Assembly: GCA_002269645.1 (NCBI GenBank)
Contig: NIVC01000306.1
Location: forward strand, 62,001-126,000
Direction: 5' to 3'
Source of the DNA: Macrostomum lignano
Taxonomy: Eukaryota
Length of the DNA: 64,000 bases
Shown here piece after piece: positions 23,375 to 36,300 of this stretch. Numbering within the stretch: the stretch's first letter is position 1; every line of letters begins with the position of its first letter. The position numbers and the translations under genes were made by a program. The notes under the pieces were generated by a model. That model was not told the origin of the DNA, searched no databases, and saw only the letters and a list, made by a program, of their open reading frames with translations.

Positions 23375-26300
23375 CTACTTAGCCCGACGAATACGGTTAA
23401 CAAAAACGCCGCCTAGAATAAAGTAGGTGGCCGTGATGGAGAACAGGATGATGTAGCCCAGTCCAGCAGTGCAGTCGATTCGTTCGAATATGTCCAGAAT
23501 GATTCCGCCAACTGGTACGGCCAGAGCTTGGGGCAGCACCAAAGCCTGCGGTTGTTTGATTGACGGAGGAATGTTTAGCGAGGATTTGTGAGGGGGTTTC
23601 TCTTTTTGGGGAGAGGGCGCAATTCTTTTCAGGGGTTGCCATTTTTGACTGAGCTTTGGGGGCTGTAGCCTCAGGAGATTTAGCACCAGGGGCTTTAGCA
23701 CCAGGGGCTTTAGCACCAGGGGCTTTAGCACCAGGGGCTTTAGCACCAGGGGCTTTAGCACCAGGGGCTTTAGCACCAGGGGCTTTAGCACCAGGGGCTT
23801 TAGCACCAGGGGCTTTAGCACCAGGGGCTTTAGCACCAGGGGCTTTAGCACCAGGGGCTTTAGCACCAGGGGCTTTAGCACCAGGAGCTTTAGCATGAGG
23901 GCGGCAGCACCAGGATGCCCGCACCAGGGGTGCCCGCACCAGGGGTGCCCGCACCAGGGGTGCCCGCACCAGGGGTGCCCGCACCAGGGGTGCCCGCACC
24001 AGGGGTGCCCGCACCAGGGGTGCCCGCACCAGGGGTGCCCGCACCAGGGGTGCCCGCACCAGGGGTGCCCGCACCAGGGGTGCCCGCACCAGGGGTGCCC
24101 GCACCAGGGGTGCCCGCACCAGGGGTGCCCGCACCAGGGGTGCCCGCACCAGGGGTGCCCGCACCAGGGGTGCCCGCACCAGGGGTGCCCGCACCAGGGG
24201 TGCCCGCACCAGGGGTGCCCGCACCAGGGGTGCCCGCACCAGGGGTGCCCGCACCAGGGGTGCCTGCACCAGGGGTGCCCGCACCAGGGGTGCCTGCACC
24301 AGGGGTGCCCGCACCAGGGGTGCCCGCACCAGGGGTGCCCGCACCAGGGGTGCCCGCACCAGGGGTGCCCGCACCAGGGGTGCCCGCACCAGGGGTGCCC
24401 GCACCAGGGGCGCCCGCACCAGCACAGTCCATGGGGCGCCAGCATCAGGCGCCCTTTTGCCCTTCCGTCGAACAGGTTTTACCTCTTATAGGAATATTAT
24501 AGAAACAAGTAATTAGGCAAGCTAAAAGGCTATCTACATTCGGTAAATGAGATTGATAGAAAAACTAGAGATAGTACACAATTCTATAAACCAAAAAAGC
24601 TTTTAATATTGAATACAAGATAAATCAAGAGAACTTAATGAGGCCTGACTGCTTCGAGGATGACCGAGAGTTCTAAAAGAGAATCGTCAAAGTCTCAGGG
24701 AGAATGGCTCAGAGCTTAATGTCTCAAAAGGAAATAAGCTACTCCGATAGCCAGGGGCTTGATTGATTGTTTTATTCATATCTGAATACCTGCTGCCAAA
24801 CAGCAATGTCCCTCGATTTATCCTTCGCCTCGGGCAGCACGTCCATCAGTAGGGCGAAATCCACGGCCTGGTAGCTGCCAAATGAGATGCCAAACACCAC
24901 TGCTATGCCGGTGGCAATGTAGAACGCCATCTGGCCCCTTAGTCCAGCAAGAAGTCCGGCGCAGATGCCCATCAGGATGGAGGCGGCAATGATTAATGGC
25001 TTGCGGCGACCGATCCGGTCAGAGATTACGCCGCAACAGATCGAACTGTTTAATCCGAGAGTGGAGAGATGTGTTGGTTTTCAAGTCCGGATGGGGTTTG
25101 ATATTTTATGGCTGAAAGGGGTTCAACTCCGCGGGAAAGGGTAAGGGGTCGATATTTTATGGCTGAGGGGGTTCAAACTCTGCGGGAAAGGATAAGGGGT
25201 CGATATTTTATGGCTGAGGGGGGTTCAACTCTGGGGGGAACCCCTAGGGGTTCAAGTTTTATGGCTGAGAGGGTTTAACTCCGCGGAAAAGGGTATGGGT
25301 TGAATTTTATGGCTGAGAGAGGTTCAAATCCGCGGTAAAGGATAGGGCTTGAAGTTTTATGGCTGAGAGGGGTTCAACTCCGCGAGAAAGGGTAGGGGGT
25401 TGATATTTTATGGCTGAGAGGGGTCAAACTCCGCGGGAAAGGGTAGGGGGTTAATATTTTATGGCTGAGAGAGGTTCAAATCCGCGGTAAAGGATAGGGC
25501 TTGAAGTTTTATGGCTGAGAGGGGTTCAACTCCGCGGGAAAGGGTAGGGGGTTGATATTTTATGGCTGGGAGGGGTTCAAACTCTGCGGGAAAGGGTAGG
25601 GGGTTGATATTTTATGGTTGAGAGGGTTCAAACTCCACTGGGAAGGGTAAGGGTTGACGGCTGAACTACAAAATGTACGATAACTCGTGTAAAAAATCAT
25701 CTTACGACAGAGCAGCCGTGCACAGCAGAGGAATCAGCAGAAGCGACACACCCTTGGCAGGGTTCCAGCACTGCGGTAAATTCACCATATCGATTAGCCA
25801 GTACTCGAGGAATCTAACCGGGTGTATTTAAAGTACTTTTTACTACAGAACAGAGCTCATATAATTTTGGACTTGCAAAATATAGAATGACTTCGAATAG
25901 AAGTGCCTAATTTACCCGACAGTGGTTGATAGGCCCTGTTGCATTAGGAAGCGAGTGATGAACACCCAGCGAAAGTCGTGCTCTAGAATAAGAAAATTTA
26001 AAAGGCAGATATTGTAGGCGGTGCATTTTCTCCACGATTTGGAACATTTTATTGGCGTCTTACCCAGAAGAGGCAGCCAAAATCCAATAATAACATCCTT
26101 GAGTCCTGTAATTGGCAAGATTTGGTTCTGTAAATTAAATTCTACGATTGGACTACTGAACAAGCAATAAAAACAATAATCTATTACCAATAATAAAAAT
26201 AACAATAGTTAGTTGTATTAATAGTGTTTTACATCGAAGTATTTAATGATACATGCTCACTAATTGGTTCGTGGATGTCCTTGGACGGTGGTTCGTCAAT

Positions 26301-29300
26301 CGAAAGCACAGTGACGGTGATACACAGTCCCATGATGCAGATCACCAGGATGTAGATTCCGAGCACTCCCAGTGACTGAATTGGATTGTTAAAATGTTGA
26401 GACTCTTTATTGTCTGGCCTAATTGTTAAGTACAATGTTAAGTAAGTATCTTAAGATTTAAGATATTAATGTGCATTTTTAATTGTTATGCATATGTGTT
26501 CTTTTTTTACATTAGCCTTCACTGTTAGATATTAGCTTTCATCTGTTAGACAGAACTGATCAACCTGTTAGATATTAGCTTTCACCTGTTAGACAAAACC
26601 GATCACCTATTGGATACAACCGATCAACCTGTTAGATAGAACCCATCACCTGTTAGATAGAACCGATCACCTTTTAGACATTAGCCTTCACCTGTTAGAT
26701 AGAACCGATCACCTTTTAGACATTAGCCTTCACCTGTTAGATAGAACCGATCAACATGTTAGACAAGCATATTTACCTGTTAAAACCAGAGCTTTCACGT
26801 GTTTTATTGACGCATTTACCTGTCAGATGAACTCATTCAACTGTTTAGAAATATTAATTTACTTTAATCTGTCAATCAGTTAGACATTATATACTACTAC
26901 CATTGTATACTACTCACATTCAAAGAGATTCCAACCGCGGCCCCTGAGATGTTGCCAAGTAGTATCATTCCGCCCATAACGCCTGAGCTTAAGCCTTCAA
27001 AAAAGACGATAAATTGAAAAAAAGTATTACGTATTTGAATGGCTGGGAATCATACTGCAAAATGAACACAAGTTATTTTTAACTGACCTCTTTGGGTGGG
27101 ATGCGCCTTGTCCGCTATCAGAGCGTTGTAAGGAGTCGTGGTACACACGTACGAGACCGTTACCAGGAAATAGAAAGCCACAAATAGGCCTGTCCGTATT
27201 GACGGTGTGAGAATTTTTATTGGAAAATATAATTGGCTAATTCTGCGCCCTAACTGTTAGATACTGGCGGCCTATCTGTAAGATATTGGTGTCCTAACTG
27301 TTAGATATTGGTGTCCTATCTGTTAGATATTGGTGTCCTAACTGTTAGATATTGGTGTCCTATCTGTTAGATATTGGTGTCCTATCTGTTAGATATTGGT
27401 GTCCTATCTGTTAGATATTGGTGTCCTATCTTTAAGATATTGGTGTCCTATCTGTTAGATACTGGCGCCCTGTCTGTTAGATGCTGGCGCCCTATCTGTC
27501 AGATGTCGGAAGTCCTATCAACTAGATTCGAGAAGTGAACACTCTGCAAGAACGTTAAAGCATTACCAAGATTTCCGCTCAGCACATTGTCGTCAACTTT
27601 CAGATTTGGATCTTTAGCGTCAAAGGTGAGCTTTTTGGTGTGAAAATCTTTCAGATAAGGATTATCGTAGGTGCCGTTGAAAGCGTGGTGATATGGCCGG
27701 CAACGAACGTCCACTAAGTCCGTGTTGCACTGTGGAATAGTTAATTACTTTGAGCATCTTTCATCCAATTTAAAACAAAAACTATTAATTGACACAAAAT
27801 TTATTTAAGAACTTACCATTCCATTCTCGTCCAACCAAGAAGTATCGTTATTTTTCAACGGTATTTTCTTACTGAAATTTCGAATACAAAATGGCTGGAC
27901 ATTGCTATGATGGTAAAAATTGTACTTAGTTTTAATGTTCATGTATTATAAGCTTACAAGTGCACTTTCGGAGCACTGAATCCCATTCCGAGTAGGCCAA
28001 TGCTGAAAAAGATTTTATATATTGTACATGTATAAGCAGACGTTTGTTGCTATTTTAGAACCATACGCGATAACTCTGTTTCTATTTTTTAGAAAGCGTT
28101 TGGTAAACTTACCATAGGCACAAGGTCGCAACCACCATTACGGGACGGCGCCTGCCAAATCGTGAGGTCATTCGATCACTAATCATGCCAATTAGTGGTC
28201 CGGATAGCAGCGTTAGAAATGCGCCACTGCCGACCATGGCGCCAAGTACGCGACCCTTACTAGCGGAGCCAACCATTGTTTGAACTTGAGCGGGAACCAC
28301 TGGAATCGGTTATTCGATTAGAACTGTTTAGTACGTGTCTCTATGTACATTTTTGGACAAGGGAGAGAGAGGGCTATTCTAGACTGGTAGGGTCTGTGTA
28401 CATTTATCAGAAAAGAGGACGATAAGTTACTCTTGGCTTGTCTATATGTACATTCATCGGGAAAGGGAGACAGGGTGGGTTATTCTAGGCTTGCAGTGTC
28501 TATGTACATTCATTGTGAAAGGGAGAGAGGATTGGTTATTCTAGGCTGGCAGTCTATGTACATTCATCTGGAAAGGGAGAGAGGGTGGGTTATTCTAGGC
28601 TAGCAGTTGTCTATGTACATTCATCTGGAAAGGGAGAGAGGGTGGGTTATTCTAGGCTGGCAGTGTCTATTTACATTCATCAGGCATGGAATAGAGGGTT
28701 ATTCTATGCTGACAGGGGGGAGGGGGGTCACAAACTCGAAATTTCAAAACGTGGAATGCACCTTCCTTTAGAACTTTCTTTACAAGGTAGAAATTTGACA
28801 ACCTCGAAAACTTAATATAACAAAAACCATGCGGCATGCAGTAGTTTTCGACCTTGTGAAACTTCGGCCTTGTGAAAGCGCCTCGGCTAAGCAGGGTCAA
28901 TGTACATTCATCGGGGAAGGGATAGAGGGTTATTCTAGGCGGGCAGTGTTTATGTACATGCATCGGGAAAGGGAGAGAGGGTTATTATAGGCAGGCAGTG
29001 TTTATGTACATTCATCGGGGAAGGGATAGAGGGTTATTCTAGGCGGGCAGTGTTTATGTACATTCATCGGGAAAGGGAGAGAGGGTTATTATAGGCAGGC
29101 AGTGTTTATGTACATTCATCGGGGAAGGGATAGAGGGTTATTCTAGGCGGGCAGTGTTTATGTACATTCATCGGGGAAGGGATAGAGGGTTATTCTAGGC
29201 GGGCAGTGTTTATGTACATTCATCGGGGAAGGGATAGAGGGTTATTCTAGGCGGGCAGTGTTTATGTACATTCATCGTGAAAGGGAGAGAGGGTTATTAT

Positions 29301-29712
29301 AGGCAGGCAGTACATTCATCGGGGAAGGGACAAGCGGTCAATGCAAATCAACTTACCAACCACCGACAAAACCAGAAACATAAGATTCAGTCCAAGAAAG
29401 GAGATATTCAGCAGTACAATCATGTACTTTGGTAGTTGCTTTGCTTCCAAGGTTGAATCAGCAAATGGCTGCCTTTCGTCTGTTGTTTCACATACAGCCG
29501 ATTGTCTGTCAATGTGTTGATGGTTTACTATTTAATTACAAAGTGAAGGCATTAAAACTATACGACAGCTACAGTTATATAAGGGTGTGAGATTTCAAAA
29601 TTCGTGTTGAAAATCGATTCAAATCAGCTCACTTTCGGTCGTCGGTGTACTTCTCAGGCTGTGGGCCGCTCTTATCCTGCAGCTGGTGCCTCTCAGCCTG
29701 CTCATCCTCCAT
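23375..29712 (-). CDS. Major facilitator superfamily transporter, ~549 aa (SLC45/sucrose-transporter-like by motif)
   Basis: 14 phase-consistent exons: 29712-29633, 29505-29357, 28299-28113, 28002-27958, 27904-27817, 27729-27567, 27189-27088, 26994-26918, 26375-26261, 26105-26064, 25982-25916, 25813-25706, 25045-24790, 23545-23375 (1650 nt). MFS motif A occurs twice (GMISDRMTSRFGRRRP; GVISDRIGRRKP). Also PYNALIADKAHPTQRGLSSGVMG, FRWVFITRFLMQQG and AVDFALLMDVLP. Confidence 0.9.
23680..24425. repeat. Compound 15-bp minisatellite: (gcaccaggggcttta)n then (gcaccaggggtgccc)n
   Basis: Direct reading; last MFS intron. Confidence 0.97.
25095..25650. repeat. ~52-bp minisatellite (gatattttatggctgagaggggttcaactccgcgggaaagggtagggggtt)
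   Basis: Direct reading. Confidence 0.88.
26525..26800. repeat. Degenerate ~21-bp repeat (cacctgttagatagaaccgat)
   Basis: Direct reading. Confidence 0.75.
27245..27500. repeat. 22-bp minisatellite (ctgttagatattggtgtcctat)
   Basis: Direct reading. Confidence 0.9.
28340..29330. repeat. ~52-bp minisatellite (tgtacattcatcggggaagggatagagggttattctaggcgggcagtgttta), interrupted at ~28700-28900
   Basis: Period 52 (29161, 29213). Confidence 0.9.
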
Positions 29713-31124
29713 CGCTAGGTCTAGAAGTGTTTAATCCTTAAAAATAATCAAGATATAGAAACTCAAGAGGCTGTCAAAAATTCAATAACTAGATGAGGCA
29801 CTCGCGATCAGTGCTCACAGAGATCTGCATCGCTTGCTCGCTTATGCTGCTAAATAAATACACTTCTCAACTTGAGCCGCTCGCATACACATAGTACAGG
29901 GCATCCTCCCGTGTGTGTACTACCCCTTGCCCACTCTGCCTCCTTCATCTTCGGTACCTCGCTTATCCCAGCCTCCCCAATGCCCCGGATCCGCCAGTCT
30001 TCTCTCCTCCCTCTCTCTCTCTCTTCCCTCTTCACCCCTTCTCCAGTACGGTGAAGAGAGGCATGTGAACAGAGAATGGACACACTCTACATTGAACTGC
30101 AGCCTGCTGTCATGGAGCTCTAATAACATAGACTACTAATAGAGTATTGGATTGGAAACCTGGGAATTAAAAGTTGATAGCAAGAACATTTAGGAAGTTA
30201 CTATTAAGTTAATTTTAAGTACAAACGTGCAAGTTCTGTGCCCAAACAAATACTTCTGAAGTATCAAAAGATAAACATTGGGTCTGCTTTCTATCAAAAG
30301 AAATACTAATTTTTGTGCTGTAAAAATAAGAACATCCGTGTACATCTCCGTAATTTTCGGAAAAACCTGCTTCCAAGAAACGTAGCTTCCCGTCCTTATA
30401 CTTAAGTAGTCCTTGGCTCAATATCTTCCTCCAGGACAGTCCAAGTCATGGACAACACAATCAAAAATATTGTTCATTAATTCTTTTATCTGAATCCAAT
30501 CCAGATGTTTAGTAGATTTAGAAATCCAAGGAGCCATGCAGTGTCCATGTACATGCCTGTATGTCATTGCCATGTGGGCGGCTATTTTTTTCTCATCTCT
30601 TATCAACCCATTTTCCAGCCTCCTCTTTTCATCCCTTCTCTCTCTGGAGCAGAAAGGAATTGGAAGGTGGATTATGGGGCTAGCGAGCGGGGTGGCAACA
30701 GTCGATGCACTCCCACGGTCTCTTTACTTACGTACTCTAGATGCACACTGCTGTTGAGAACTTTCTCAATCTTCCAGATTTTGTACAAGTGTACTGCTCA
30801 GCTGAAGGATCTGGGCTTCTCCACCCTTACCATCATGTCCTCTTCCCCTCTTCTCCTGCTCTCTGTAAGTCCGGAAATAAAAACTTCCTATCCTGCACAG
30901 GCATATCTCAGTCATTTGTCTACAGCAGAGTTTTTATGAATAACAGCTAGACACGTATGAAATCTAGATTTTAGCTTTATTGGATTTGGGACATTCGCGC
31001 CTTTGAACTAGTTTTTGGACTAGAATACTAATTTCAAGATGTAGGGGCGCAGATTTCTCAATATGAGTCGCCGAGTTCACAATAAAGCGCCAATTTCAAA
31101 ATGCGAGATGCGCCGATTTCTTAA

Positions 31125-32225
31125 TTTAGCGCCAATTTCTCAATTTAGCGCCGATTTCTTAATTTAGCGCCGATTTCTCAATTTAGCGCCGATTTCACAA
31201 TTTAGCGCCGATTTCTCAATTTAGCGCCGATTTCTCAATTTAGCGCTGATTTCTTAATTTAGCGCCGATTTCTTAATTTAGCGCCGATTTCTTAATTTAG
31301 CGCCGATTTCTTAATTTTTAGCGCCGATTTCTCAATTTAGCGCCGATTTCTCAATTTAGCGCTGATTTCTTAATTTAGCGCCGATTTCTTAATTTAGCGC
31401 CGATTTCTTAATTTTTAGCGCCGATTTCTCAATTTAGCGCCGATTTCTCAATTTAGCGCCGATTTCTTCATTTGGCGCCGATATCTTAATTTGGCGCTGA
31501 TTTCTTAATTTAGCGCCGATTTCTCAATTTAGCGCCGATTTCTTAATTTAGCGCCGATTTCTTAATTTGGCGCCGATTTCTCAATTTAACGCCGATTTTA
31601 CAATTTAGCGCCGATTTCACAATTTAGCGCCGATTTTACAATTTAGCGCCGATTTCACAATTTAGCGCCGATTTTACAATTTAGCGCCGATTTAAAAATT
31701 TAGCGCTGATTACACAATTTAGCGCTGATTACAAAATTTAGCGCTGATTACACAATTTAGCGCTGATTACACAATTTAGCGCCGATTTCACAATTTAGCG
31801 CCGATTTTACAATTTAGCGCCGATTTCTCAATTTAGCGCCGATTTCTCAATTTAGCGCCGATTGCACAATTTAGCGCCGATTTCTCAATTTAGCGCCGAT
31901 TTCTCAATTTAACGCCGATTTTACAATTTAGCGCCGATTTCACAATTTAGCGCCGATTTTACAATTTAGCGCCGATTTCACAATTTAGCGCCGATTACAC
32001 AATTTAGCGCCGATTTCACAATTTAGCGCCGATTTCACAATTTAGCGCTGATTACACAATTTAGCGCCGATTTTACAATTTAGCGCCGATTTCTCAATTT
32101 AGCGCCGATTTCTCAATTTAGCGCCGATTTCACAATTTAGCGCCGATTTTACAATTTAGCGCCGATTTCACAATTTAGCGCCGATTTCACAATTTAGCGC
32201 CTATTTTACAATTTAGCGCTGATTT
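31125..32225. repeat. 19-bp minisatellite (aatttagcgccgatttctc)
   Basis: Direct reading, over 50 copies; preceded by hAT-like taggggcgcagat at ~31044. Confidence 0.96.
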
Positions 32226-33378
32226 AAAATTCTGAAGCGCTGATTTCACAATTTTGATTTCATAATTTTAAATTATGAAGCGTTGGTTTCAAACCGGTTG
32301 TATTTTACAATACTCGCAGTCGTAACAAATTAATTATCATTCTAAACTCGTGCCACTTACTCGCTGCATTTTAGCATCTATAAATAGGAGTAATAAATCA
32401 AAAGCTGAATCTTTCAATTTATTTCTTAAATAAACTCACACAGACAGGCGTTGAAGGCACATCGTTAAACACACCCACGTAAGTAGTAAGTTATGTAGAA
32501 TGTAATGTTGTTTTACATGTTCGTTTATGTATTAGTTTCATATTTATATTGATATTTGAATAGGCATAAACATAATAAATGCTGAAAATATGGAAAAAAA
32601 ACCTGTCACCACTAGTACAGTTAGTGTGGAAGAAGAAAGCGTTCGTGTGAGAAGTAAATAGCGCTTAAATAATAAAATTACAAAAATCAAAGTCTGGTGC
32701 ATGGTGTACTGTTTTTGTATCAATGATTGGGGGAGCTGCAATATAATGAAGTATAAAAATAATGAAAAAAATATAATATAAAAATATAAATATAAAAATA
32801 TAAATATAAAATATAAATATAAAATATAAAAATATAAAAATATAAAAAGTTGCAATATAGCTGCAATATAAAAAGTATAATGATTCTTTATAATGAAGTG
32901 CGACCCTTTTGAATTTTGAGTTTTTTAAAAGGGAATTACAAAGATTCATTATAAAGAAGGGGGAGTTAAAAAGAATGAGATGTTGGGACGAGAAAGGTTG
33001 AAGGACCGGGAGAGAGAGAGAGAAAGGGAGAGAGGGAGAGGGAGAAAGGGAGAGGGAGAGAGGGAGAGGGAGAGAGGGAGAGGGAGAGAGGGAGAGGAAG
33101 AGAGGGAGAGGAAGAGAGGGGGGAGAGGGGGAGGGAGAGGGAGAGAGGGAGAGGAAGAGAGGGAGAGGAAGAGAGGGGGGAGAGACAGAGGGAGAGGGAG
33201 AAAGGGAGAGGGAGAGAGGGAGAGGGAGAGGGAGAGAGGAGGAGTGAGAGAGGGGGAGGGTAGATCGAGAGGCAGAGCAGCAGATGCCGCAGTGCCCCAG
33301 CCAGACTGACTCAACTAAGGCAGTGGCGGCAGCCCCCATTCAAACCCCCAACTCAAAGTCAAAGCCATCAGCACTCTG

Positions 33379-36300
33379 TCACACGTAGGGCACAGTCAGC
33401 AGGCAGGCGTCCGTGCGCGTCTGCGGCTCTGTCGGGCAGGCGCCGCCCCCTGCAGTCATCTGGCGCCAGCGCGCCGCGCGCACATCATAGATGTCGACCC
33501 CGGAGGCCAGCAGCGCCGGCTCCACCGAGTGTCCCAAGTCCAGGAACGGCCGGCACTCGCCGCCAATCACGAATATCTCGGCGCCGGCTATTGCGGCGCA
33601 GAGTCGCTGCCTTGGCGCTGGCATCGGCGCCAGCTGATCCCAGACGCCGCGCCGCTGATCGCAGCGCCAACAAGCGGCGCTGGGACTGGCTCCGGCGCCT
33701 CCGCCGCCCAGACAATAGAGGGCGCCGGTATCCGGGGAAGCCACCAGGCCGAAGTGAGCCAGAGGCGCCGGCAAGTCCGGCATCCGGCGCCAATGATTGA
33801 CGAGCGGATCGTAGCGGAACCAGGATCGACTGGGCTGGTCGAAGGCGTCCAGGCCGCCGAGGAAGTCGACGCAGCTGCCGCCGCCGCCGCCGGCGCTGTT
33901 GTCGGGCGAGGCGACTGCGGCGGCGCCGCGACGGCAAGCTGGCAGGGTGGTCACCTGAAAGGGGCGGGCAAAGGAGCGGATAAAGGAGCGGATGAAAGGA
34001 CGGATGAAGGGGCGGATGAAAAAGCGGATGAAGGGGCGAATGAAGGGACGGATGAAGGGGTGGATAAAGGGGCGGATGAAGGGACGGATGAAGGGACGGA
34101 TGAAGGGGCGGATGAAAAGGCGGATGAAGGGGCGGATGAAGGGACGGATGAAGGGGTGGATAAAGGGGCGGATGAAGGGGCGGATGAAGGGACGGATGAA
34201 GGGGTGGATAAAGGGGCGGATGAAGGGACGGATGAAGGGGTGGATAAAGGGGCGGATGAAAGGATGGATGAAGGAACAAATGAGGGGCAGATGAAGGGAC
34301 AAATGAGGGGCGGATGAAGGGCCGGATGAAGGGGCGGATAAAGGGGCGGATGAAGGGACGGATGAAGGAACAAATGAGGGGCGGATGAAGGAACAAATGA
34401 GGGGCGGATGAAGGAACAAATGAGGGCCAGATGAAGGAGCGGATGAAGGGACGGATGAAGGGGCGGATGAAAAAGCGGATGAAGGGGCGAATGAAGGGAC
34501 GGATGAAGGGGTGGATAAAGGGGCGGATGAAGGACGGATGAAGGGACGGATGAAGGGGCGGATGAAAAGGCGGATGAAGGGGCGGATGAAGGGACGGATG
34601 AAGGGGTGGATAAAGGGGCGGATGAAGGGGCGGATGAAGGGACGGATGAAGGGGTGGATAAAGGGGCGGATGAAGGGACGGATGAAGGGGTGGATAAAGG
34701 GGCGGATGAAAGGATGGATGAAGGAACAAATGAGGGGCAGATGAAGGGACAAATGAGGGGCGGATGAAGGGCCGGATGAAGGGGCGGATAAAGGGGCGGA
34801 TGAAGGGACGGATGAAGGAACAAATGAGGGGCGGATGAAGGAACAAATGAGGGGCGGATGAAGGAACAAATGAGGGCCAGATGAAGGAGCGGATGAAGGG
34901 ACGGATGAAGGGGCGGATGAAAAAGCGGATGAAGGGGCGAATGAAGGGACGGATGAAGGGGTGGATAAAGGGGCGGATGAAGGGACGGATGAAGGGACGG
35001 ATGAAGGGGCGGATGAAAAGGCGGATGAAGGGGCGGATGAAGGGACGGATGAAGGGGTGGATAAAGGGGCGGATGAAGGGGCGGATGAAGGGACGGATGA
35101 AGGGGTGGATAAAGGGGCGGATGAAGGGACGGATGAAGGGGTGGATAAAGGGGCGGATGAAAGGATGGATGAAGGAACAAATGAGGGGCAGATGAAGGGA
35201 CAAATGAGGGGCGGATGAAGGGCCGGATGAAGGGGCGGATAAAGGGGCGGATGAAGGGACGGATGAAGGAACAAATGAGGGGCGGATGAAGGAACAAATG
35301 AGGGGCGAATGAAGGAACAAATGAGGGCCAGATGAAGGAGCGGATGAAGGGACGGATGAAGGGGCGGATGAAAAAGCGGATGAAGGGGCGAATGAAGGGA
35401 CGGATGAAGGGGTGGATAAAGGGGCGGATGAAGGGACGGATGAAGGGACGGATGAAGGGGCGGATGAAAAGGCGGATGAAGGGGCGGATGAAGGGACGGA
35501 TGAAGGGGTGGATAAAGGGGCGGATGAAGGGGCGGATGAAGGGACGGATGAAGGGGTGGATAAAGGGGCGGATGAAGGGACGGATGAAGGGGTGGATAAA
35601 GGGGCGGATGAAAGGATGGATGAAGGAACAAATGAGGGGCAGATGAAGGGACAAATGAGGGGCGGATGAAGGGCCGGATGAAGGGGCGGATAAAGGGGCG
35701 GATGAAGGGACGGATGAAGGAACAAATGAGGGGCGGATGAAGGAACAAATGAGGGGCGGATGAAGGAACAAATGAGGGCCAGATGAAGGAGCGGATGAAG
35801 GGACGGATGAAGGGGCGGATGAAAAAGCGGATGAAGGGGCGAATGAAGGGACGGATGAAGGGGTGGATAAAGGGGCGGATGAAGGGACGGATGAAGGGAC
35901 GGATGAAGGGGCGGATGAAAAGGCGGATGAAGGGGCGGATGAAGGGACGGATGAAGGGGTGGATAAAGGGGCGGATGAAGGGGCGGATGAAGGGACGGAT
36001 GAAGGGGTGGATAAAGGGGCGGATGAAGGGACGGATGAAGGGGTGGATAAAGGGGCGGATGAAAGGATGGATGAAGGAACAAATGAGGGGCAGATGAAGG
36101 GACAAATGAGGGGCGGATGAAGGGCCGGATGAAGGGGCGGATAAAGGGGCGGATGAAGGGACGGATGAAGGAACAAATGAGGGGCGGATGAAGGAACAAA
36201 TGAGGGGCGGATGAAGGAACAAATGAGGGCCAGATGAAGGAGCGGATGAAGGGACAAATGAGGGGCGGATGAAGGAACAAATGAGGGCCAGATGAAGGAG

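Noticed and set aside
23375-24445. 356-aa ORF with a CGHPW repeat, first read as a mannose-6-phosphate-receptor-like TM protein
   Set aside because: The repeat part is intronic. The final 57 codons splice in phase to the MFS exon ending at 24790 and form its last two helices.
27499-27904. Separate nested gene (tyrosinase-like fragment) inside the MFS locus
   Set aside because: The exons join the MFS frame with consistent phases on both sides, so they are treated as a loop insertion.
20760-32500. Chimeric assembly or foreign DNA, suggested by the AT-rich shift and the bacterial-like MFS family
   Set aside because: The MFS gene has 13 spliceosomal introns and shares a 15-bp satellite family with the TRPM locus, which indicates the same genome.
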